Shown here: piece by piece, positions 11,811-22,064 of the stretch
Layout: each line of letters begins with the position of its first letter
Numbering within the stretch: position 1 is the stretch's first letter
NCBI RefSeq assembly: GCF_046119375.1
Contig: NW_027362762.1
Location: 154,318,001-154,382,000 of the forward strand
DNA length: 64,000 bases
Reading direction: 5' to 3'
Source: Phyllobates terribilis
Lineage: Eukaryota
Translations under genes and position numbers: made by a program
Notes under the pieces: model-generated
Database searches by the model: none
What the model saw: only the letters and a program-made list of their open reading frames with translations
Told to the model about the DNA's origin: nothing

Positions 11811-11952
11811 GCATGCTCAGGCCATGGTTCCCGTTGAGCCCCACGGCCTTCGCTCTCTGAGAAGTTTTCCAGCGAATACATGCATTAAAAGTAAATAAAT
11901 AATTTTTTTTTTTTTCTCAGCTGAGTTCCAGGCGAATTACGCACCCGTCCAG

Positions 11953-14013
11953 ATGGATCTATCTGCTCTCGTTCCTGCGGATCCGCCACGTTACTATGGG
12001 GATCCAAGACAAAGTCGTGCATTTGTGGAGCAATGCATGCTACACTTCAAGTTCTACCCTCTATGTTTTCCCACCGATCGGGTTAAGGTGGCATTCGTTA
12101 TGTCTTACCTGGCGGGTGATGCCTTGGAATGGATCAACCCCCTATATGAAACACAGGATCCGATCCTCCTGGACCTAATGGCCTTCCTGGTGGCCTTTCT
12201 AATGGTCTTCGATGATCCTAACCCGGAGGCTCCTGCTGAAGCTTCACCTCCCAATATCCCGGAGCAGCCCCGATGGGTTATGTGTGTGGGTAGCGCAATA
12301 GTCCTCCAGCCCAATGAGACTACTGCCCACCCAGAATCCTCACAGGGTGACTACGCTTTCCGGAATACTTCTCCCAACCTCAAGAGGCAGTCCAGACGTG
12401 CTAGACGTAGAGGCAAGCCGTCACGCCAGGGTCTGTCCTCCCTGAGACCTCCTGACCCCAACCTTGAAGTCCCTACTGAAGCTTCATCTCCCTGTATCCC
12501 GGAGAAGCCCCAACGGGTAATGTGCGTGGGTAGTGCTCCGGTTCTCCTGCCCGAAGAGACTTCTGCCCATCCAGACTCCACACAGGAGAACTTCCTGCAC
12601 CCGGCATCAGATGCTTCACCCACTTTAACCGGTGTGTATGTCCAAGGATGCTCCAAAGCTGTGGTTACCTCTGAGTCTGTGCACCTCTACTACCTGGCGG
12701 AGGACCCCCTGTTGCCTCCTGAATCCTCCGGGATACCACTCGATGACAAATGGAGAGAGACTTCTCTACACTCGTTACTCGATACTTTGTCCGCTTCGTC
12801 CTGTGAGCCTGACAATGGGTACCCCAAAGTGGTAGTTACCCCCGAGTCTCTACACCCCTCCGACCAGGCGGAGGACCTCCAGTTGTCTCCAGAACCCTTC
12901 GGGGTGCCACCTGGTGGTGAATGGACAGAGACTTTCCTATATCCTGGATCTGATACCTCGCTTGCTTCGTCCAGTGATTCCGACCTTGTGTACTCTGAAG
13001 CAGAGGTTACCCATGAGTCTCTACACCCCTCTGACCAGGCGGAGGACCTCCAGCTGTCTCCAGAACCCTTCAGGGTGCCACCTGGTGTTGAATGGACTGA
13101 GACTTTCCTATATTCGGTACCCCATACCTTGCCTGCTTCCTCCAGTGAGTCCGACCTAGTGTACTCTGAAGCAGATGTTTTCTCTGAGCCTCTGCACTCT
13201 TCTGACCCGGCGGAGGACCTCCAGTTGTTTCCTGAATTCTCCGGGGTACCACCAGATAACAAAGAGACAGTGACTTTTCCTCATTATGTACCTGATAACC
13301 CGTCTGTTTCTTCCTGTGAGCTTGACAATATGTACCTCGAAGCAGAGATTACCCCCAAGTCTCTGTCCCCCTCCAACCCGGTGAAGGACTTCCAGTTGTC
13401 TCCTGTACCCTCTGGGGTGCCACCTGAAAATATGTGGAGAGAGACTCCCTTGTGTGCTGTTCCTGGTACTCCACCCATTTCGTCTGTTGCTAAGGATGGC
13501 TGGATAGGAGGTAGCATCCTAGCTAACCAGATGAGATCAATTTTTCCTGTGGACAGTGGAAGTGATCTCCTTGAAGTGAACGACTGGTCCTCGAATTCCC
13601 TGCGGAAGATTCTGGCAGGCCTGAAGAAGAGGGGGCGTAAGGGGGGGGGTACTGTAACATACCTGGCGGAGTCCTTGCATGGTGGTCCATCTCCCACTGT
13701 GCAAGAGCGCGCACTTGATCTCCAGTCCAGAATGTCTCTCTGGCTTCCCTCCTTGCTGTCTGTTTGTCTGTTTTGGCTGCATAGGGCGACGCCCGCTGAA
13801 CTTCCTGTTTCTTGTACCTGCTGCGGACACGCCCCTGTTGCACCTTCAGCCTATTGCTGTCCATCTTTGGGTATTTATACCACCTTCTTCCTCAAGATGG
13901 CGCCTGAGCTTTGTGTCCTGTCAGTTGGCGTTTTGTCTCTGACGTGCCAGGTCCTATCCTGTTTTCCTGCCTGTTCTCCAGTTCTGTGTCTGAACTGTGG
14001 TCTGTTCTTGTGA
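11953..14013 (+). CDS. 686-aa ORF: sushi-type Gag capsid N-terminal domain (LDOC1/RTL-like), duplicated linker, five 57-aa acidic Pro/Ser repeats, read-through into the 3' LTR
   Basis: PPRYYGDPRQSRAFVEQC..KVAFVMSYLAGDALEW..FDDP aligns by eye with residues ~38-117 of the Gag at 52068; repeat anchors at 12700, 12871, 13042, 13213 and 13384 (171-bp period); no stop over 2061 nt. Confidence 0.7.
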   Translation: MDLSALVPADPPRYYGDPRQSRAFVEQCMLHFKFYPLCFPTDRVKVAFVMSYLAGDALEWINPLYETQDPILLDLMAFLVAFLMVFDDPNPEAPAEASPPNIPEQPRWVMCVGSAIVLQPNETTAHPESSQGDYAFRNTSPNLKRQSRRARRRGKPSRQGLSSLRPPDPNLEVPTEASSPCIPEKPQRVMCVGSAPVLLPEETSAHPDSTQENFLHPASDASPTLTGVYVQGCSKAVVTSESVHLYYLAEDPLLPPESSGIPLDDKWRETSLHSLLDTLSASSCEPDNGYPKVVVTPESLHPSDQAEDLQLSPEPFGVPPGGEWTETFLYPGSDTSLASSSDSDLVYSEAEVTHESLHPSDQAEDLQLSPEPFRVPPGVEWTETFLYSVPHTLPASSSESDLVYSEADVFSEPLHSSDPAEDLQLFPEFSGVPPDNKETVTFPHYVPDNPSVSSCELDNMYLEAEITPKSLSPSNPVKDFQLSPVPSGVPPENMWRETPLCAVPGTPPISSVAKDGWIGGSILANQMRSIFPVDSGSDLLEVNDWSSNSLRKILAGLKKRGRKGGGTVTYLAESLHGGPSPTVQERALDLQSRMSLWLPSLLSVCLFWLHRATPAELPVSCTCCGHAPVAPSAYCCPSLGIYTTFFLKMAPELCVLSVGVLSLTCQVLSCFPACSPVLCLNCGLFL

Positions 14014-15870
14014 ACACGCTTCGAGCCTGTTCTTTCGCCTTCTAGGGGCTGTATTCCTAGATCTGCCTGTCTGTGCCTTGCGGTATCTGTTCCCGTCTGA
14101 ACAGAGTCCTGTTTGTGTCCCAGCCTTGCTGTATTTGTTCCCGTTCCTCTGTTCCCAGTTGTCTGTGCCTCGTTTCTACTTTAGCCTTTTCTCCCTTTTC
14201 CCTCTGTCTGTTTTCTGCGCCTTTCTGCAGAGTCTGAACTTGCTCCTAAATTCCTTCTCGTCGTCTCTGTACCTCTGTTGTGAATTTAGTGTACGCTCGC
14301 TACTTCTTTGCAAGTACTTTGTGTGCTTCTGGTTCTGCCTTTCCTTCTCTGTCTGTTCTTTGTGAACAGAGTCCTATCTCCTTGCCTTGTCTCGTTTGCC
14401 GCTCTGCGGTTCCCGCTCTGCTCCTGCCTTGTTTGCCGCTCTGCGGTTTCCGCTCTGCTCCTGCCTTGTTTGCCGCTCTGCGGTTTCCGCTCTGCTCCTG
14501 CCTTGTTTGCCGCTCTGCGGTTCCCGCTCTGCTCCTGCCTTGTTTGCCGCTCTGCGGTTCCCGCTCTGCTCCTGCCTTGTTTGCCGCTCTGCGGTTCCCG
14601 CTCTGCTCCTGCCTTGTTGCCGCTCTGCGGTTCCCGCTCTGCTCCTGCCTTGTTTGCCGCTCTGCGGTTCCCGCTCTGCTCCTGCCTTGTTTGCCGCTCT
14701 GCGGTTCCCGCTCTGCTCCTGCCTTGTTTGCCGCTCTGCGGTTCCCGCTCTGCTCCTGCCTTGTTTGCCGCTCTGCGGTTCCCGCTCTGCTCCTGCCTTG
14801 TTTGCCGCTCTGCGGTTCCCGCTCTGCTCCTGCCTTGTTTGCCGCTCTGCGGTTTCCGCTCTGCTCCTGCCTTGTTTACCGCTCTGCGGTTTCCTCTCTG
14901 CTCCTGCTTAGCTTGCCGCTCTTGCGGTTTCTGCTCTGCTCTTGCCTTGTTTGCCGCTCTGCGGTTTCCGCTCTGCTCCTGCCTTGTTTGCCGCTCTGCG
15001 GTTTCCGCTCTGCTCCTGCCTTGTTTACCGCTCTGCGGTTTCCGCTCTGCTCCTGCCTTGTTTACCGCTCTGCGGTTTCCGCTCTGCTCCTGCCTTGTTT
15101 ACCGCTCTGCGGTTTCCGCTCTGCTCCTGCCTTGTTTACCGCTCTGTGGTTTCCGCTCTGCTCCTGCCTTGTTTGCCGCTCTGCGGTTTCCGCTCTGCTG
15201 CGGCCTTCTTAGCCGCTCTGCGGTTTCCGCTCTGCTCCTGCCTTGTTTACCGCTCTTGCGGTTTCCACTCTGCTCTTGCCTTGCTTGCCGCTCCTGCGGT
15301 TTCTGCTCTGCTTCTGCTCGCTGCTCCGGCAGCCCCGTCCGGCTCTGCATCTGCTCGCTGCTCCGGCAGTCCTGTCCTGCTCTGCTTGTGCTCGCTGCTC
15401 CGACAGTCCCGTCCTGCTCTGCTCTTGCCCACCGCTTCGGGCGTTCCCTCTCTGCTGTGTTTGGCTACCGCATCTGCGGTTCTGTTTCTGTGTCCCAGTC
15501 TGTACTGGGCCTTGTCCTCTCTGAGCTCCAGCCCATCCTTTCTGCCAGTACCTCCCTGCCTGCATACTCGCCTGTATCCACCCGTCTGCATACCTGCCGT
15601 GTTCGCTTATATCCACCAGTCTGAGCCAGCCTAACCTGCCTGTTCCAGTAATCCCTGTGTGGGACAACCCCCGTGTCCGGAGTTTGACCTGGAGTAGCAC
15701 CTGGTCCCTCTGCCCGGTTTCTCCCTGGTGCACTGGCGTCGTATGCCGTCGTGCCACCTTGGTCGGATCGGCCAGATACTTAGTCACGCCCCTCCAGGCA
15801 CTCTCCGGTTCATGGTCCAGTGGAACCACTTCTCCCGCACACGCCAGTCAGTCCGGGCGTGTGCATAACA
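13653..15870 (+). repeat. 3' LTR (2218 bp) with an expanded 37-bp minisatellite
   Basis: Follows the PPT; ends GTGCATAACA like the 5' LTR. Confidence 0.92.
14398..15310 (+). repeat. Same 37-bp minisatellite, longer array in the 3' LTR
   Basis: Tandem units seen directly; the 37-residue period in the ORF translations confirms unit length. Confidence 0.92.
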
Positions 15871-15879
15871 TATATATAT

Positions 15880-17303
15880 TAGTACAGACCAAAAGTTTGG
15901 ACACACCTTCTCATTTAAAGATTTTTCTGTATTTTCATGACTATGAAAATTGTACATTCACACTGAAGGCATCAAAACTATGAATCAACACATGTGGAAT
16001 TATATACTTAACAAAAAAGTGTGAAACAACTGAAAATATGTCTTATATTCTGGGTTCTTCAAAGTAGTCACCTTTTGCTTTGATGACTGCTTTGCACACT
16101 CTTGGCATTCTCTTGATGAGCTTCAAGAGGTAGTCACCAGAAATGGGCTTCCAACAATCTTAAAGGAGTTCCCAGAGATGCTTAGCACTTGTTGGCCCTT
16201 TTGCCTACACTCTGCGGTCCAGCTCACCCCAAACGATCTCGATTGGGTTCAGGTCTGGTGACTGTGGAGGCCAGGTCATCTGGCGTAGCACTCCATCACT
16301 CCCCTTCTTGGTCAGATAGCCCTTACACAGCCTGGAGGTGTGTTTGGGGTCATTGTCCTGTTGAAAAATAAATGATGGTCCAACTAAACGCAAACCGGAT
16401 GGAATAGCATGCCACTGCAAGATGCTGTGGTAGCCATGCTGGTTAAGTATGCCTTCAATTTTGAATAAATCCCCAACAGTGTCACCAGCAAAGCACCCCC
16501 ACACCATCACACCTCCTCCTCCATGCTTCACGGTGGGAACCAGGCATGTAGAGTCCATCCGTTCACCTTTTCTGCGTTGCACAAAGACACGGTGGTTGGA
16601 ACCAAAGATCTCAAATTTGGACTCATCAGACCAAAGCACAGATTTCTACTGGTCTAATGTCCATTCCTTGTGTTCTTTAGCCCAAACAAGTCTCTTCTGC
16701 TTGTTGCCTGTCCTTAGCAGTGGTTTCCTAACAGCTATTTTACCATGAAGGCCTGCTGCACAAAGTCTCCTCTTAACAGTTGTTGTAGAGATGTGTCTGC
16801 TGCTAGAATTCTGTGTGGCATTGACCTGGTCTCTAATCTGAGCTGCTGTTAACCTGCGATTTCTGAGGCTGGTGACTCGGATAAACTTATCCTCAGAAGC
16901 AGAGGTGACTCTTGGTCTTCCTTTCCTGAGGCAGTCCTCATATGAGCCAGTTTCTTTGTAGCGCTTGATGGTTTTTGCAACTGCACTTCAGGACACTTTC
17001 AAAGTTTTCCCAATTTTTTGCACTGACTGACCTTCATTTCTTAAAGTAATGATGGCCACTCATTTTTCTTTACTTAGCTGCTTTTTTCTTGTCATTATAC
17101 AAATTCTAACAGTCTATTCAGTAGGACTATCAGCTGTGTATCCACCTGACTTCTGCACAACACAGCTGATGGTCCCAACCCCATTTATAACGCAAGAAAC
17201 CCCACTTATTAAACCTGACAGGGCACACCTGTGAAGTGAAAACCATTTCCGGTGACTACCTCTTGAAGCTCATCAAGAGAATGCCAAGAGTGTGCAAAGC
17301 AGT
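15880..17303 (-). mobile_element. Tc1-family DNA transposon with long inverted repeats; right end truncated
   Basis: Left end TAGTACAGACCAAAAGTTTGGACACACC; 17238-17303 is the inverted copy of ~16086-16150 and stops abruptly; DD34E transposase on the minus strand. Confidence 0.92.
16043..17095 (-). pseudogene. Tc1 transposase with internal stops
   Basis: WSDESK, KHGGG, QQDNDPKH, WPPQSPDLNPIE motifs; TGA at codon 12 and TAG at 16205-16207. Confidence 0.93.
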
Positions 17304-18595
17304 TAGTGTCATTTTGTATTAAATTTGGAAAAACCACTTCTCATATTAGTTGTGTTGAGATTTGTATGTTGTTTTGTTTATTGAAAACAGCTGAAAGTTT
17401 GTACATTTTCCTAAAAAAAAACTCATTTGAAGTGGGGTTGAAGCATTTTGAATGCTGATGGTGGTGCACATTATAATGGGGTGCAATCTGGCTCTGGGCC
17501 ACCCCGGAGCCTCAGGCCCTGGGTGGTAGCACAGATTGCCCTCATTATAATCCGCCTATGCTCCCGAATCCCCCATATACATGAACGCTCGGATTTATCG
17601 GTTCTATATGGAAAGAGCAGCATAATCCACTGCCAGATTTGCCTTCCAGAGGCTTATCTATCTGTGGGACAAAATGCTAGAACAAATAATATCCAACTAC
17701 CCAGTTCTTATCTCACCTGACAACCTGACGTCTCCTGTCATGGAAGATGGTCAACTGATCTTGCTGAAACCGACGGGTTCAGATTGCTTTCATCTAATGT
17801 GAATTTGAGTCCGAAAGGGAATTTGTGATTTAAAAAGGACCTATTTTCATCAGATTTTTGTGTTAAATGTATTTTTTTAATGTTTGTCAATGTTTTTCTA
17901 TTCCATATCATAATCCGTAATGAAATAAAAATGAGAGCCTGCAATTTCCATACTGGCCACTGGGACTTTTTATAGACTCACATGTACATAGCCATAATGA
18001 GCAGACCCTATCTTTTGTATTGAAGTATATAATGAGACTTTGCAAAGCAGGGGCGGACATATCATTGGTGCAACTTGTGCAGCCGCACAGGGGCAGGGAG
18101 GCCTCATTTTCAACTCCAAGGCAGCTGGAATTTTGCTTTATGATGAGCTATTGTTATTGCAAAGAGCCCATATATTGTGCTTGCGCAAGGGTCCTCTTCG
18201 GTCAGTGTCTGCTGTGTTATCAGCTATGTATAGAGGTGTTATCTGTCACTGTTATTCTGCCTTTGCTGATAAGGAAACTGCTGTAAACTCTTCATTAAAG
18301 TACAAATAGTTTGAGTTAAAAATAGCCCCAGTGGCCTGTGTTTCAAGATTACTCATTTTATATGTTATTAAAAAAAGCCATTGCCAAAAATAAAAAAAAA
18401 ATACAGGTGACACTAAAACCTGATTTCAACAATAGGACATTTTCTGATGTCACTTTCCCTTTAAGTCTTCATTCACTCTTTTAAGGAGTATAGAGTAAAA
18501 TATATATTTTTTTTTTTGTGAGGACAAAAATCGCATCAGAAATCTAAATTTGTGATTTCCTGTTTGCTTTCTATCACCTCATTTCATTAGGTCAC

Positions 18596-19192
18596 TGTAA
18601 TGCTGGTGGGTGTGGACCCGCTGCGCCACGGGTAGGGCTTACCCTAGAGGGGTGAGACTAATGGTCGACCGGGTCTTCACTAGGGCTTCTGTTGGTGAGC
18701 ATAGGCTGGGCTGCCAGTAGACACCAGGTATCACTCCAGGGCAGTCCTTGGGACAGCAGCAGCTGACCGGAGGATCAAAGACTCGAGTATGAGGTACAGG
18801 ACGGCGAAACTGATGCATAGTCAGACGGTTGGAGGTCAGGGCAAGCAGCACGGGTTCACTGTTCAAAGCCGGGGTCAGGAGTGGATATGTCAAGCAAAGA
18901 ATACAAAGGTGCACGTGAACCAGGTACTAGCAGGCTAGGAACCAATGTTCAGGCTAGGAATGGAGGTTGGAGTTGCCTGATATATCACCTGCTAGCAGGT
19001 GATAGGCTGGGGAAGCAAATTTCTGCAGGGCAGGGTGGATATAAATTCCTGCAGAGTTTGGCTGCACCCCCCCTTGTGACTCACAACCAGCACAAGGCTG
19101 CTCAGAGTGGTGATCAGGTACTAGGTGCAGCAGAGCGAAACACACGGTGAGTAGGCCAGTGCTTAGAAGGTGTGCGAGTGGCTGGCGTGACA
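18596..19192. mobile_element. Probable solo LTR (~600 bp)
   Basis: TGTAATGC..GCGTGACA termini; GC-rich island in AT-rich DNA; TSD only partial (GTCAC/TTCAT). Confidence 0.45.
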
Positions 19193-21659
19193 TTCATTAT
19201 TTTCAGAGTGGAGAGGTTAGTGCGTCTTACAAAAATTACTATTTTTACTATTTTGCTTTTTGCACAAGTGTAAAGGAAGAAGACATGACATGAGAGTATT
19301 TTCCGCATTCTTTTCTGTTGCTGTCAAAGAGTGAAACGGCATTTGCTTTCCATTTTTAGCTATGCTATTAACCATTGTTTCACTAAATGTTATTACATTG
19401 GATATTTAAGGTTTTTTTGGTTAGTAAAAATAGACGCAGAAGCTTGATGAGGCCATACAGTCCTTTTTACTTGGCCTGTGAGAAGTTCTAGATATGTGTC
19501 TAAAGGAAAATTTGTAACAAATTAATTCACATATAGATTCACTGTAGTTCAGTCTTCTCAAAATTTGTGAAAACTGCCCCAAATATTATAAAACGATAAA
19601 AGAAGTAATACTGACCTAATCAATTTCCAACGCTTCCGAGATCTGGCACCAATCTCTATACTTTCTGCTCCATCTAAATAGACATGTGACCGCTGTGGCC
19701 AGTGATTATCTGCAGTGGTCACAAATCTGACTCTAGACAAAGCAGCGATAATAAGTTTATATAGTAAAAACAGAGCGTTACATAGGGTAATAACATCAAG
19801 ATATAAGAGAGAAAGGTTCACACCTTTTAATCCGTTGTGATAAGTCATTCGATCTGGGTGCACAAGATTGTTTGGGATCTTAGTTTTTTTGTATTGGTGG
19901 AATTCCCAGCAGATGGACCCCAATGGGTCATACATTAAGCAACTATTCTGTGAATACATGATAAATGTATATTTTATTTTCATGCAGAAAAGCTTCTTCA
20001 AACTTAGTTTGGACAATAGTTAATAGCATGACCAGAAGGTCTTTTTGATCACTGTGGCTAGATAATTTTGGTTATTTCAACAGATTTTTACTAGGGAATT
20101 CCATCTGTCCCTGCTTGTTACAATTAAAGATGATCAGATGAAATGTTGAAATTTCTTTTTCTTAGATTTTGACCATTGTATATTTAGATTAAAGGTGTTA
20201 TACATTTCTACTTAAAAGTAATAGTAATTGAGATAAATAAAAAGAAAATTGCTCTGTCACTAATCCCTGGTGATTGTTTCACAATTTATTTACATAGTGC
20301 AGGTTAATTCTAGTTTTTATAGCCATTTTTTTTTACCCCAAATGTCAAAGATCGCAGCCAGGGTGTCGTATCTCAACCCACCCACTGTTATCATTTGGAG
20401 CGAACAGCTCTTTGCAGCTCCCTCTTGTCCGGACAATTAGACGATTGGCCGACGATTAATGTAGGAGGCTGTTTTCACTAATAGGCTGGTTATCGGGAAT
20501 CTAACAGTGAGCGTATGGTATATACACCTCCGATCCCCACGTCTGGAATATGTGTAGATACCCCAGGTACGGTCACAGCTAGCTCCACGATAACCCAAGT
20601 ACTACTCGCTGCCACACCAGTCATTTTTTATGTGCAGGCTGACTGGACCCCAGAGATCAAACATGACATGGCTGTAGTCTGTTATCTGGCCAATATGGAT
20701 TTCAGGTTTATAGGCAGGTGTCACAGTTATGAAAAATGCATATTCTTCTCCTATTAGCCCTGAAGCTGAAAATGTATGTCCCGTCACTATCGAATTTATA
20801 AAAACTTCAATATTTTCTTTCAGAGACATACGTCTGGGGCTGGCTATTGTAGCATTTCCCTTGCAGGAAACCTCAGTGTCACTTAAATTAAAGATGCATT
20901 TCCTGGGGACAAACAGGCTTCCATTTTGCTATTTATGTGTAAACCCATGTACCCTATTGTCCAACCCTCTGAAAATACTTCTCCTGTCTCAATTACCTGT
21001 TCAAACTATAACTCTTTGTCTAAGCACAAAAGACATCCTCATTGGTATTGCTGGGGTCTTTTGTCCAACATGCTCCTGCATGTTAATTAAGATTCCTGCT
21101 CCCTAATGCCCATTGTACTAGTCTGAGTCTAGGAGATTCAAACTGTCAGTTGCTTTTTTGCCACTGGAAAATCTGTGTGAGAAGGTAGGAGGGAGGTCGG
21201 GGTGAATGCCCCTCTCTAGTGTGACTTCAGAGATTTTAATATTTTCTATGACACTAAATCTGATTTTTTTTTCATGTTATTTGGTCTTTCTGTAACATCC
21301 ACTATTTAACTTTGTTAAATAAGCCATGCAAAAACTGTAGCAAAACCGCAATGTCTGCAGTCCAAGGCTAGGTTTCTCAAGAAAATATAGTCATTATTTT
21401 GTTTTCATTTTCCAAAATTGAGGCAAAACTGCAGTATTTTATTTGCAATGTTGAGAAATCAGAGCAAAAACTCTGCACTATTTTTTGCAATTTCAGGAAA
21501 TCAGAGCAAAAAAACACAAGAAGTGACCCCAACCTAAGTAAATAAAGTTCCACTCATTGGTGTCCTTTATATAAAATAATACATAGATAAAACCAACATC
21601 AACTGCAGTGGACGTCTGAGTGTGCTGTTCATCTGGAGGATTAAACCATTATTAGCAAC

Positions 21660-21830
21660 ATAAGTATATAGAATTTTGGTGCTTTATTGGGATAAAACTG
21701 CAACACATTTCAATTCCAAACTCAAGAATCTTCCTCAGGTATAAAAATACATCTTTCAATTTCAAATATAAACCATCTAATCAATAACACGTGTTTAAGG
21801 GTATTTGCCCCTCTTCAGTACAAAGCCAGA
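21660..21830 (-). mobile_element. Penelope-like pseudo-LTR remnant with two degenerate hammerhead-like motifs
   Basis: Minus strand CTGAAGAG-GGG..CCC-TTAAACACGTGTT and CTGAGGAA-GATTC..GAATT-GAAATGTGTT followed by AATAAA. Confidence 0.45.
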
Positions 21831-22064
21831 GGTGAGAGGAAATCCTCTACTTAGGAACAAAATATATCTCTTGCAGTATTACACTAACGAGTGTCTTTCC
21901 CCTTCTTTTCCCTCTTTCTATATAAAATTATACACCCCATGGTGGCACAATGACCAAAATACTAGTTACTGGTAGCCTGTACTTCGATTAGCTCAAATGA
22001 AAACATACCAGGATTAGTGATTTTATTTTCGTTTTCCTGTCTTCTCCTTAGTAAGTCATGAATG

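Larger units (their letters stand above)
9986..15870 (+). mobile_element. Non-autonomous Tf1/sushi-type LTR element with very long LTRs and a single capsid-NTD/repeat ORF; no pol
   Basis: LTRs 9986-11810 and 13653-15870 ((T)GTAACA..TAACA); PPT AAGGGGGGGGGTAC 13639-13652; self-priming-type PBS 11813-11822; probable TSD TAGAT/TATAT (one mismatch). Confidence 0.9.

Noticed and set aside
14280-15634. Leu/Cys/Pro-rich ORFs up to 438 aa (and 10701-11574)
   Set aside because: Read-through of the stop-free 37-bp LTR minisatellite in all three frames.
19824-19947. Possible 124-bp host exon on the minus strand (CAG..NSCLMYDPLGSICWEF..AAAG/GTGTGA)
   Set aside because: Weak donor, unrecognised peptide and no partner exons; needs RNA-seq.
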